The notes under the pieces: generated by a model
Databases searched by the model: none
Seen by the model: the letters and a program-made list of their open reading frames with translations, nothing else
What the model was told of the DNA's origin: nothing
Position numbers and translations under genes: made by a program
Shown: piece after piece, positions 47,881-57,082 of the stretch
Numbering within the stretch: position 1 is the first letter of the stretch
Layout of the letters: every line of letters begins with the position of its first letter
Assembly: GCA_036732145.1 (NCBI GenBank)
Contig: DAINCY010000003.1
Location: forward strand, 9,596 to 73,595
Reading direction: 5' to 3'
Source: Candidatus Dormiibacterota bacterium
Lineage (GTDB): Bacteria > Chloroflexota > Dormibacteria > Aeolococcales > Aeolococcaceae
DNA: 64,000 nt

Positions 47881-48842
47881 GACCGCACTCCCGCCCGGCG
47901 TTCGCTGTGCTCAGGGACAGCATCGAACACCAGGGCGAGCAGGGCCATCTGCGCCCACAGCCGGTTCTCGGCCTGCTCGAAGACCACTGAGCGGGGCGAG
48001 TCGAGAACGGAGTCGGTGATCTCCTCACCGCGGTGCGCGGGAAGGCAGTGCATGACCCGGGCGGCCGCAGGCGCGAGAGCGAGCAGCCTCTCGTTGACCT
48101 GGAGGTGCCCGAAGTCCTCGCGGCGGCGCTGCTGGTCGGCCTCCTGGCCCATGCTCGTCCACACGTCGGTGTAGACGATGTCGACATCGCGCAGGGCGGG
48201 GGCAGGGTCCTGTCCCACGCTGAACCCGGTGCCGTTGCCACGCAGCCGCGCGGCCCTGTCGAGGATCGCCTCTGCGGGCTCGTACCCCGGCGGCGAGACG
48301 ATGCGGAGGTCGATGCCGCAGATGGCTGCGGCGTACAGCCAGGAGGTGCAGACGTTGTTGCCGTCGCCGATGTACGCCACCCGCGCGCCCGCGATCTGTC
48401 CCGTTATCTCGCGGACGGTCATGAGGTCGGCGAGCAGCTGGCAGGGATGCTCAGCATCGGTCATGCCGCTGATCACCGGCCCGCGCACCGCCGCTGCAAT
48501 TGCGAGCAGATCGCGCTGCGAGACCAGCCGGGCTATCACCCCGTCCGCGTAGCGGTCGAGGATGCGGGCGATGTCGGAGGCGGTCTCCCGCTCGCCGAGG
48601 CGGATTTCGTCGCCGAAGAGGGCTATGGGATGGCCGCCGAGCCGGTTGATGGCCACCTCGAAGGAGACTCTGGTTCGATTGCTGGGTCTTTGGAAGATGA
48701 GCGCCAGGTTTCGTCCGCGCAATGGTGCGCCCAGGTCCTCACCCTGCTTGGCGCGCCCGGCGAGCTCGAGGACGGAGTTGATCTCATCTCGACCGAGGTC
48801 GGCGATGCTGAGCAGGTCGCGGCCGGAGAGGGCGTGAGACAT
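47877..48842 (-). CDS. argF: Ornithine carbamoyltransferase
   Basis: 321 aa. SNRTRVSFE, HPCQ and HCLPAHRGEE motifs are present. Assignment as OTCase rather than ATCase rests on the HCLP motif. Confidence 0.8.
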   Translation of the reverse strand: MSHALSGRDLLSIADLGRDEINSVLELAGRAKQGEDLGAPLRGRNLALIFQRPSNRTRVSFEVAINRLGGHPIALFGDEIRLGERETASDIARILDRYADGVIARLVSQRDLLAIAAAVRGPVISGMTDAEHPCQLLADLMTVREITGQIAGARVAYIGDGNNVCTSWLYAAAICGIDLRIVSPPGYEPAEAILDRAARLRGNGTGFSVGQDPAPALRDVDIVYTDVWTSMGQEADQQRRREDFGHLQVNERLLALAPAAARVMHCLPAHRGEEITDSVLDSPRSVVFEQAENRLWAQMALLALVFDAVPEHSERRAGVRS

Positions 48843-48940
48843 CGGCCAAGTCAGTATATGAGCGCATGGACAATGCGCCTGAACTCAGCGAGGCCGGATG
48901 CGCGAGCGGCCTGCGCCCGCTAGGGTTGGGCACCGTGGAC

Positions 48941-49912
48941 ATGGTCGTCGTCGTCGCCGGCGGGCTGACTGAGATGCTTCAAGCCGCCCCCCTCATGAGA
49001 GCCCTGTCGGGCGGCACCTACGAGCCTCTGCTCGTCGTCGGTCCGCCCAGCGCTGCCGAGTTGTCCCCGGGGCTGTGCGGGGTGCACGAGTTCGTGTCTG
49101 TCCACGGCCTCGGAGCCAGCCCGGGAGCGCTCGGTCTGGCCCGCCTCTGGTCAGAGTTGCGCGGCCGGCGACTTGACACCGCGGTGATCTGCAATGAGAC
49201 CGCAGCGGTGCGCGGCGCCGTCTACGCAGCCGGCATCCCCCGCCGGATCGGGTGCGCCGGGGGACTCAGCGATCGCCTGCTCACCGAGCGCGCGCAGCGG
49301 TCGCTTGACGGCAACCACGCCGGGGACTGGCTGGCACTTGCCGATCCGCTCGGGATCCCGGCTGGAGCGGGGGGCGTGGAGTTCGTGCCCACGGACGAGG
49401 CGACGAGTTCGGCGGAGCAGTTGCTCCTCAGCACCGGGGTCGGCGACGGTCGCCTGCTGGTGGCGATCGCTCCCGGCCAGGGGTTCTCAGACGTGGCAGT
49501 GGCCGTCTGGGGCGCCGAGAACTTCGCGCACCTCGCCAACCGGCTGGCTCAGCGCCATGGCGCCGGCGTCATCCTGCTCGGCGACGAACGCGACCGCGGG
49601 GCCGCGGAGGGGATGCGCATCGACCTGGCTGCGGACACCCTGGATCTCTGCGGCGAGCTTGATCTCGGCACCACGGCAGCGGTGATCGCCCGCTGCGACC
49701 TGCTGGTCGCTGCCGACACGCCGCTTCTCCACCTCGCCTCTGCGGTCGGCACCCCGTCGATCGGGCTGTTCGGCCCAACCGACGGCCGGGCACGCGGCCC
49801 AATCGGCTCCGAGCACCGTGTCGTGCAGGCCCTCCCCAACGGCCACAACCCCGCCAGCCTCGACCGCATACGGGTCGACGACGTGCTCGCGGGCATCGAG
49901 AGCGCGCTCTAG
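48941..49912 (+). CDS. Glycosyltransferase family 9 (heptosyltransferase-like)
   Basis: ORF 48866..49912. ATG 48941 gives MVVVVAGGLTEMLQAAPLMRAL, a typical GT9 N-terminus. ATG 48866, TTG 48926 and GTG 48935 are alternative starts. The C-terminal D-TP-LHLA motif (ADTPLLHLASAVGTP) is present. Confidence 0.7.
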   Translation: MVVVVAGGLTEMLQAAPLMRALSGGTYEPLLVVGPPSAAELSPGLCGVHEFVSVHGLGASPGALGLARLWSELRGRRLDTAVICNETAAVRGAVYAAGIPRRIGCAGGLSDRLLTERAQRSLDGNHAGDWLALADPLGIPAGAGGVEFVPTDEATSSAEQLLLSTGVGDGRLLVAIAPGQGFSDVAVAVWGAENFAHLANRLAQRHGAGVILLGDERDRGAAEGMRIDLAADTLDLCGELDLGTTAAVIARCDLLVAADTPLLHLASAVGTPSIGLFGPTDGRARGPIGSEHRVVQALPNGHNPASLDRIRVDDVLAGIESAL

Positions 49913-49996
49913 GTTTCGGGGGTGCTGACCTGCGGGTTGAGGGCCGCGATCAGTGCGTTGCCGGGCGCGACCACGCCTCTTCCGGCCCGTGGGACC

Positions 49997-51703
49997 TCAT
50001 CCCGTGTACGAGCCACCGAAGATGTCACTGTTCCCGAACGTCGGCGGGCAGTCCGTGGCGGGTGAGGGCCTTGGCAGTCGCGTCACATCCAGAAACGACT
50101 GCCGGTACGCATTCATCGCCGGGCAGAGCGCGGCGTTGCGGACATCGTTCCAGTTCGCCGCGGCGTATGTGCGGGTCGCCGATACGTAGTTGTAATCGCC
50201 GAGGAACTCGCAGCACAGGTTGTTCTCTGACGAGCCCCGAGCGTCGCCGACGGCGCCGCGGTGCAGCGTGTCGAAGTCGCCGACCACCCCGTCGCTGCCG
50301 ACCCGCGCATGCCGGACCACGCCGAGCATCGGTCGGGAGCTGGCAGTGGTGTTCCTCCATGGCGCCAGGAAGGCATCGTAGGTGAGGTAGACGTCGGTGC
50401 CATTCGGCGAGATCGCGATGGCCGGGAAGTCCGGCCGGTCGCCGCTCTGCTGCACGGCGACGGGCGCGGTCCAATCACGACCCCGGTCCGTGCTGGTCCG
50501 AACCAGAGCCTGCTCGTGGTTGAGTCCGCGTCGCGCGTCCGACCAGGTCATGACAATCTCGTCGGTGGCGTCGCCGCCCGACGGCGCGCCGTTGGCGATG
50601 TCGACGCTGACCACGCTCCACGTCCGCGCCCCGGCGATGCCGTCGAACGTGAACCGTGGATCGCTGTTGGCAACGTGGACCGGGTCCAGCTTGCCGACGT
50701 CGGTCACGCTGGCAACGACGCGGGGCTCATCGAAGGTGACCCCGCCGTCGAGCGACCGCGCGAACATCTGCTGGGACGTGTTGGGAAAGTTGTCCTGGAA
50801 CCAGAAGACGTACACGGTGCCACGGCTGTCGGTGCGGAGCGTGCAGCCGCTGGGGCCCGTGAAGATGGTGGGAATCGCATTGAACACCTTCACCGGATCA
50901 GACCAGGCGCTGCCGCCGTCAGTCGAGCGAGCCACCACGATTGGCGAATGGGTGGCCCCAAATGAGGTCCAGCAGACGTAGGCGTTGCCGAAGAAGCGGC
51001 TGGTCGCGGCGTTGTCGGCCCAGATGGCGTCCTTGTCGCTGAAGGTGATGGGAGCGAGGTCCTTCGAGGCGATCACCGGTGCCATCCAGGCGCCCTTGTG
51101 GTTGGCCGCCGCCGCTGCGACGTTATCGGTGCGCGCCACCGCGATGGCCTCAGCACCGTTGATCGTTGTGCTGTTGGGGAAGTTGGACGCCAGGCTGCCG
51201 TAGTACAGCCGCGAGCCGTTCGACCAGGAGAACCCGTGAGCGCCCGGGCGCGGGCCGAAGGCGAGGGCGGGGTCACCATCGCCCACCAGGCCCTTTTCGA
51301 AGTACCCGGGCACCGTGCCGATCGGTCCCACGTGGGCTGTTCCGGTTCGCGCGCTCCAGCCGGTGTAGGTCGGCTGGGTGTAGCTCTGACCGCCGTTGAA
51401 GGAGAAGTAGACGCCGTTGTCGGTCACCCCCGCCGTGAACGCACAGCTGGTGGCGGCGCAGGGCGCGTTGTCGATCTCGTCGTTGGAGCCGGACACGACA
51501 ACATTTGGATGAGCCGGATCGATGGCCACCGATACAGCCGGCTCATTCTGCTTGTTCAACGGGAAGGTGCTTGACGGACTTCCCACGTTGACGAGCGTGT
51601 CGCCACTGCCGCCGGCGGCCCGCGCCGGGGTTGCGCTGCCGGCGACGACGTTCAGTGCCATCAACAACGGCACCATCCCAACCATGACGACGCTACGCCG
51701 CAT
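49997..51703 (-). CDS. Secreted BNR/Asp-box repeat protein (sialidase-superfamily beta-propeller)
   Basis: ATG at 51703 in ORF 49997..52108 is preceded by GGAGG. It has a signal peptide (MRRSVVMVGMVPLLMALNVVAGSATPARA). Asp-boxes are STDGGSAW, SLDGGVTF and STDRGRDW. Confidence 0.8.
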   Translation of the reverse strand: MRRSVVMVGMVPLLMALNVVAGSATPARAAGGSGDTLVNVGSPSSTFPLNKQNEPAVSVAIDPAHPNVVVSGSNDEIDNAPCAATSCAFTAGVTDNGVYFSFNGGQSYTQPTYTGWSARTGTAHVGPIGTVPGYFEKGLVGDGDPALAFGPRPGAHGFSWSNGSRLYYGSLASNFPNSTTINGAEAIAVARTDNVAAAAANHKGAWMAPVIASKDLAPITFSDKDAIWADNAATSRFFGNAYVCWTSFGATHSPIVVARSTDGGSAWSDPVKVFNAIPTIFTGPSGCTLRTDSRGTVYVFWFQDNFPNTSQQMFARSLDGGVTFDEPRVVASVTDVGKLDPVHVANSDPRFTFDGIAGARTWSVVSVDIANGAPSGGDATDEIVMTWSDARRGLNHEQALVRTSTDRGRDWTAPVAVQQSGDRPDFPAIAISPNGTDVYLTYDAFLAPWRNTTASSRPMLGVVRHARVGSDGVVGDFDTLHRGAVGDARGSSENNLCCEFLGDYNYVSATRTYAAANWNDVRNAALCPAMNAYRQSFLDVTRLPRPSPATDCPPTFGNSDIFGGSYTG

Positions 51704-51951
51704 CCCCGCCCCTCCAATCGGTTCTTGAGGTCGACCGGAGTATGGGCGTTCTGTGCCACGGCCGTTGCGTGACCCGCTCGCCGGCGACCCCGGAACAGCA
51801 CTGGAAGAGGGCTGGAATCTCCCATCCACATCCTGATCGCATCGCAGCGGAGCCAGCGACGTGCGGGATGAGCCCATTCCAGTGCCTTGTCGAGAGCTGC
51901 CGGTCGCATAATGGCGACGGCTCGAGCTTGGCGGCGGACGGAGGTAGGGCA

Positions 51952-54900
51952 ATGGGCGCACGCAGCAGGTTCCGCAGGTGGCCGCTCGTTCGTCAGCTGA
52001 CGGGCTCCGACTCCCTCGGTCGTGGGGCAGCGGTGCAGTCGGCGACGACAGCCGCGATGGTGCCTCGCACCGCCACCGCAGACTCTGTCGTGCAGAGCAT
52101 CTGTCCATACTGCGCGGTCGGCTGCGGCCAGCGGGTGTACGCCAAGAACGGCAAGGTCGTCCAGATCGAGGGCGACCCGGACTCCCCCGTGTCGCGCGGG
52201 CGCCTCTGCCCCAAGGGGTCGGCCAGCGAGCAGCTGGTCAACAATCCCAACCGGGTCACCACGGTGCGATACCGGCGTCCGTACGGCACCGACTGGGAGG
52301 ACCTCCCCCTGGATCGTGCCATGGACATGATCGCGGAGCGCGTTCTCGACACGCGCCAGCGCACCTGGCAGGCAACCGACGATGACGGTAACGTCCTGCG
52401 CCGCACGATGGGCATCGCCAGCCTCGGCGGCGCCACCCTCGACAACGAAGAGAACTATCTGATCAAGAAGCTCTTCACGGCCGCGGGAGTCGTGCAGGTG
52501 GAGAACCAGGCCCGGGTTTGACACAGCTCCACCGTCCCCAGTTTGGGGGCTTCATTCGGGCGGGGCGGGGCGACCACCTTCCAGCAGGACCTGCAGAACT
52601 CTGACTGCGTCGTCATCCAGGGTTCGAACATGGCCGAGTGCCACCCCGTCGGCTTCCAGTGGGTCATGGAGGCAAAGGCTCGCGGAGCCAAGATCGTGCA
52701 CATCGATCCGCGCTTCACGCGGACGTCGGCGATGGCCGACCTGCATGTGCCGCTGCGAGCAGGCAGCGACATCGTGTTCCTCGGGGCGATCATCAATCAC
52801 ATCATCAGCAACGACAGGTACTTCCGCGAGTACGTGGTCAGCTACACCAACGCGGCGACCATCGTCGGTGACGACTTCAGGGACGTCGAGGAGCTCAACG
52901 GGCTCTTCTCGGGCTACGACCCCAAGACCGGAACATACGACCCCACGAGCTGGCAGTACCTCGGGGCCGGCGAGGATCGCGTGCACCGCGACGAGACCCT
53001 GCAGGATCCGCGCTGCGTTTTCCAGATTCTGAAACGACACTACGTGCGCTACACCCCGGAGGCCGTGCAGGAGGCGTGCGGTGTCCCTCCTGAAACCTTT
53101 CTTGAGGTGTGCGATGCGGTCACCGCGAACAGCGGGCGCGAGCGCACCACGTCGTGGGTGTACTCGGTCGGCTGGACGCAGCACTCAGTCGGCGTCCAGT
53201 ACATCCGCGGCGCCGCCATCATCCAGCTCCTGCTCGGTAACATGGGCCGGCCCGGAGGCGGGATCATGGCGTTGCGCGGTCACGCGAGCATCCAGGGCTC
53301 CACCGACATCCCAACCCTGTTCAACCTGCTCCCCGGGTACCTTCCCATGCCCAAGGCCGGCGAGAACGGTGGCCTGGCCGGCTACCTCGAGACCATTGCG
53401 AGCCCCAGGCAGAAGGGATTCTGGACTGCCGCCGACACCTACACGGTCAGCCTGCTGAAAGCATGGTTCGGAGATGCGGCCACACAGGACAACGACTTCG
53501 GCTTCGAATGGCTGCCACGGATCAACGGCGACCACAGCACCTACAGCACCGCGATGGACATGCTCGATAACAAGGTCGAGGGATACTTCCTTCTCGGCCA
53601 GAATCCGGCGGTGGGCTCATCGAACGGCAAGCTGCAACGGCTCGCCATGTCCCACGTCAAGTGGCTGGTTGTCCGCGACCTCAACATGATCGAGTCGGCG
53701 ACGTTCTGGAAGGACGGACCGGAAATTGCCACCGGCGAGTTGCGCACCACGGACATTGCCACCGAGGTGTTCTTCCTACCTGCCGCGGCCCACACCGAGA
53801 AGGACGGCACGTTCACCCAGACGCAACGGATGCTGCAGTGGCACGACAAGGCAGTCGACCCGCCGGGCGACGCACGATCCGAGCTGCATTTCTTCTTTCA
53901 CCTCGGCCGAGCGTTGCGCGGGCGACTGGCCACCTCCGCCGACGCGCGCGACGCGCCGCTGCGCAATCTCACCTGGGACTATCCGACCAACGGTGGCGAT
54001 GAGCCGGACGCTGCGGCCGTGCTCCAGGAGATCAACGGCCGCCACCTCACGGGCGACAGGGCGGGCGAGATGCTCAACACCTTCGTCGACATGAAGGCCG
54101 ACGGCTCCACGTCGGGTGGCTGCTGGATCTACACCGGCGTCTACGCCGGCGGCGTCAACCAGGCGGCGCGACGCAAGCCCGGCCGCGAACAATCGTGGGT
54201 GGCGCCGGAGTGGGGTTGGGCCTGGCCGCTGAACCGGCGCATGCTCTACAACCGCGCCTCAGCCGACCCCGAGGGCAGGCCGTGGAGTGAGCGCAAGGCA
54301 TATGTCTGGTGGGATGAGCAGTTGAGCAGATGGACGGGGCACGACGTGCCCGACTTCCCGCTCACCAAGGCGCCGTCGTTCCGACCCGATCTAGACGCCG
54401 GCGGCCCGGACGGGCTCGCCGGCGACGACCCGTTCATCATGCAGTCGGATGGCAAGGCGTGGTTGTACGCGCCCCGGGGGCTGCTCGACGGTCCCCTACC
54501 GACGCACTACGAGCCAATCGAATCGCCGCTGCGCAATCCGCTGTACACGCAACAATCGAACCCGACTCGCGACACCTTCCCGCGCCCAGAGAATCTCGCC
54601 AATCCCTCACCTCCGGAGCCCGGCAGCGAGGTGTTCCCCTTCGTCGCGACCACCTATCGGCTCACGGAACACCACACCGCCGGTGGCATGAGCCGGTGGC
54701 TTCCGTACCTTGCGGAGCTGCAGCCCGAGTTCTTCTGTGAGGTATCGCCCGAACTGGCGCGGGAGCGCCACCTCGAGAACGGTGGCTGGGCGACGATCGT
54801 CACCGCGCGCACTGCAGTCGAGGCGAGGGTCCTTGTCACCGATCGGATGGCGCCGCTCCAGGTCGGAGGCCGGGTGATCCATCAGGTGGGCGTTCCCTAC

Positions 54901-55140
54901 CACTGGGGTGTCGGGGGCAACGCTGTGGTCAGCGGGGACTCGGCGAACGACCTGCTCGGCATCGGCCTCGATCCCAACGTGCACATCCAGGAGTCGAAGG
55001 CGGCGTCGTGCGACATTCAACCGGGACGCCGTCCCGCGGGCCCCGCTCTCCTCCGCTTTGTCGAGGACTACCGTCAGCGCGCAGGCATCACAGTGACGAC
55101 GGGCAACATCAAGCTGACCGCCACCGGCGAGACACCGTGA
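51952..55140 (+). CDS. fdnG: Formate dehydrogenase catalytic subunit (FdnG/FdoG type), selenocysteine-containing; in-frame TGA at 52519-52521
   Basis: ORFs 51742..52521 and 52543..55140 are in the same frame and are separated only by one TGA. ATG 51952 follows GGAGGT with a 6-nt spacer. A twin-Arg signal (SRFRRW), CPYCAVGCG, ...VENQARV-U-HSSTVPSLGASFGRGG and the molybdopterin oxidoreductase body are present. Confidence 0.9.
52534..52550 (+). promoter_or_regulatory. Candidate SECIS hairpin
   Basis: GUCCCC-AGUUU-GGGGGC forms a 6-bp stem (one G-U pair) with a 5-nt loop containing GU. It starts 12 nt after the UGA. Confidence 0.5.
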
Positions 55141-56033
55141 GCCGGTTCGAGTCCTCCCTCAATCCGGCCGCGGACGCCGGCTGGGCAGAGGCGCCCTCGC
55201 GCAAGGGCTTCTTCACCGACACCTCGTTGTGCATCGGCTGCAAGGCGTGCGAGGTGGCGTGCAAGGAATGGAACCGCGTTCCCGAGGACGGGCTCCACAT
55301 GCTCGGCTCGTCGTACGACAACACCGGCGGCCTGGGGGCGAGCACGTGGCGCCACGTGGCCTTCATCGAGCAGCGCAAACCGATGCGTGAGATCGCGGTG
55401 CGCACCGGCAACGCGACCACCGCGGCCGAGAGGACGCCCGGCCCCCACGACTTCCGCTGGCTGATGTCCTCCGACGTGTGCAAGCACTGCACCCACGCCG
55501 CCTGCCTCGATGTCTGCCCCACCGGCGCACTGATGCGCACCGAGTTCGGGACCGTCGTCGTCCAGGAGGACATCTGCAACGGCTGCGGCTACTGCGTCCC
55601 GGCGTGTCCCTTCGGCGTCATCGAGCGCCGCGAAGGTGACCACTCCGTGCACAACGCGGGGATCGCCCAGAAATGCACGCTCTGTTATGACCGGCTCACC
55701 GAGGGCATGCTGCCCGCCTGCGCGAAGGCGTGTCCGACGGAGTCAATCCAGTTCGGCGACCTCGACGAACTGCGTGTGCGTGCCCGCGAGCGAGTCGAGA
55801 CCCTGCACGATGACGGGGTGACCGACGCCCGGCTCTACGGCGATGACGAGAACGACGGCATCGGCGGCGCGGGCGCGTTCTTCCTGCTTCTCGACGACCC
55901 CGAGGTGTACGGGTTGCCTCCCGACCCGGTGGTGACAACGCGCGACCTGCCGGCTATGTGGCGCAACGCCGCGCTGGCGGGAGCGGCGCTGCTGGCCGGT
56001 ACCGCCGCCGTCTGCGCAGGGAAGCGCCCGTGA
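55137..56033 (+). CDS. fdnH: Formate dehydrogenase iron-sulfur subunit (FdnH type, 4 x [4Fe-4S]) with C-terminal TM anchor
   Basis: The GTG at 55137 overlaps the fdnG stop (GTGA). Cys clusters are CIGCKACEVAC, CKHCTHAAC, CNGCGYCVPAC and CTLCYDR...CAKACP. The C-terminus is hydrophobic (AALAGAALLAGTAAVCAG). Confidence 0.9.
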   Translation: MSRFESSLNPAADAGWAEAPSRKGFFTDTSLCIGCKACEVACKEWNRVPEDGLHMLGSSYDNTGGLGASTWRHVAFIEQRKPMREIAVRTGNATTAAERTPGPHDFRWLMSSDVCKHCTHAACLDVCPTGALMRTEFGTVVVQEDICNGCGYCVPACPFGVIERREGDHSVHNAGIAQKCTLCYDRLTEGMLPACAKACPTESIQFGDLDELRVRARERVETLHDDGVTDARLYGDDENDGIGGAGAFFLLLDDPEVYGLPPDPVVTTRDLPAMWRNAALAGAALLAGTAAVCAGKRP

Positions 56034-57076
56034 GATTTGACGCCGTGCCTTCGCCCGCCGACGCCGGGCCGGTTGAGCCCCAGCTTCGAGACAGCCCCGG
56101 CGCCCGACGCGGACGCGGTCGCGAGGGTGGCGAGCGACCGATGGTGCCGCAGGCAACGTTCACCTCCTACTACGGCCGGCCGGTGGTCAAGCCCTCGCCG
56201 TGGGCGGCCGACATCCCCGCGTATCTCTTCCTCGGCGGTCTGGCCGGTGCCTCCTCCATCCTGGCGGCAGGTGCCGACCTGACCGGCCGTCCGTCGCTGC
56301 GCCGCACCACACGGATCGGCGCCGTGGCGGGTGTCGGGCTCGGCTTTGTCGCACTCATCCACGACCTCGGCCGCCCGGAGCGTTTCGTCAAGATGCTGAG
56401 GGTCGCCAAACCGACCTCGCCGATGTCGATGGGGACGTGGATCCTGTCCGTGTACGCGCCCCTGGCCGGCCTTGCCGGTGCCGCCGAGCTGACCGGCGCG
56501 CTGCCTGGCCGGATGCGCTGGGCGGGGAATGCACTGCGCCTGCTGAGCCGCCCGGCCGGGCTCGGAGCGGCAGGCCTGGGCGCGGCGGTCGCCTCGTACA
56601 CCGCGGTTCTGCTCGCCGACACCGCGACACCGACCTGGCACGACGCCGGTGGCGAGCTCCCGTTCATCTTCGCCGCCTCGTCGGCGACGGCTGCGGCAGG
56701 TCTCGGGATGCTCGGTGCCCCGCTTGTCGAGGCGGGCCCGGCACGCCGGTTGGCTGTGGGCGGGGCGGTGGTCGAGCTGCTCATGGAGCGTCGCATGGAG
56801 ACGTCGATGGGCCTCACGGCCGAACCGCTGCACGCCGGGCGAGCGGGAGCGCTGCTGCGTGCCAGCAGGGCCCTGACAGCAGGCGGGGCTGTGTGTGGGC
56901 TCCTGCTCGGCCGCCGCAGCCGCGCCGCAGCCGCTCTGTCGGGCATCGCTCTGCTGGCGGGTTCTGTCTGCACCCGCTTCGGCATCTTCGAGGCGGGCCA
57001 GATGTCCGCCCGCGACCCTCGGTACACGATCGTCCCCCAGCGGGAACGGCTGGCTGCCCGCTCCGCGAATCGCTGA
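56030..57076 (+). CDS. NrfD/PsrC-type polytopic membrane subunit of the formate dehydrogenase
   Basis: The GTG at 56030 overlaps the fdnH stop (GTGA). ATG 56141 is an alternative start. SYYGRPVVKPSPWAADIPAYLFLGGLAGASS is the NrfD-family N-terminal signature. Multiple TM segments are present. Confidence 0.8.
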   Translation: MRFDAVPSPADAGPVEPQLRDSPGARRGRGREGGERPMVPQATFTSYYGRPVVKPSPWAADIPAYLFLGGLAGASSILAAGADLTGRPSLRRTTRIGAVAGVGLGFVALIHDLGRPERFVKMLRVAKPTSPMSMGTWILSVYAPLAGLAGAAELTGALPGRMRWAGNALRLLSRPAGLGAAGLGAAVASYTAVLLADTATPTWHDAGGELPFIFAASSATAAAGLGMLGAPLVEAGPARRLAVGGAVVELLMERRMETSMGLTAEPLHAGRAGALLRASRALTAGGAVCGLLLGRRSRAAAALSGIALLAGSVCTRFGIFEAGQMSARDPRYTIVPQRERLAARSANR

Positions 57077-57082
57077 GCCCGC

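Noticed and set aside
51887-51912. Sigma70-like promoter for fdnG (TTGTCG ... CATAAT)
   Set aside because: The spacer is only 14 nt, so the pair does not fit a canonical -35/-10 geometry. The evidence is not enough to call a promoter.
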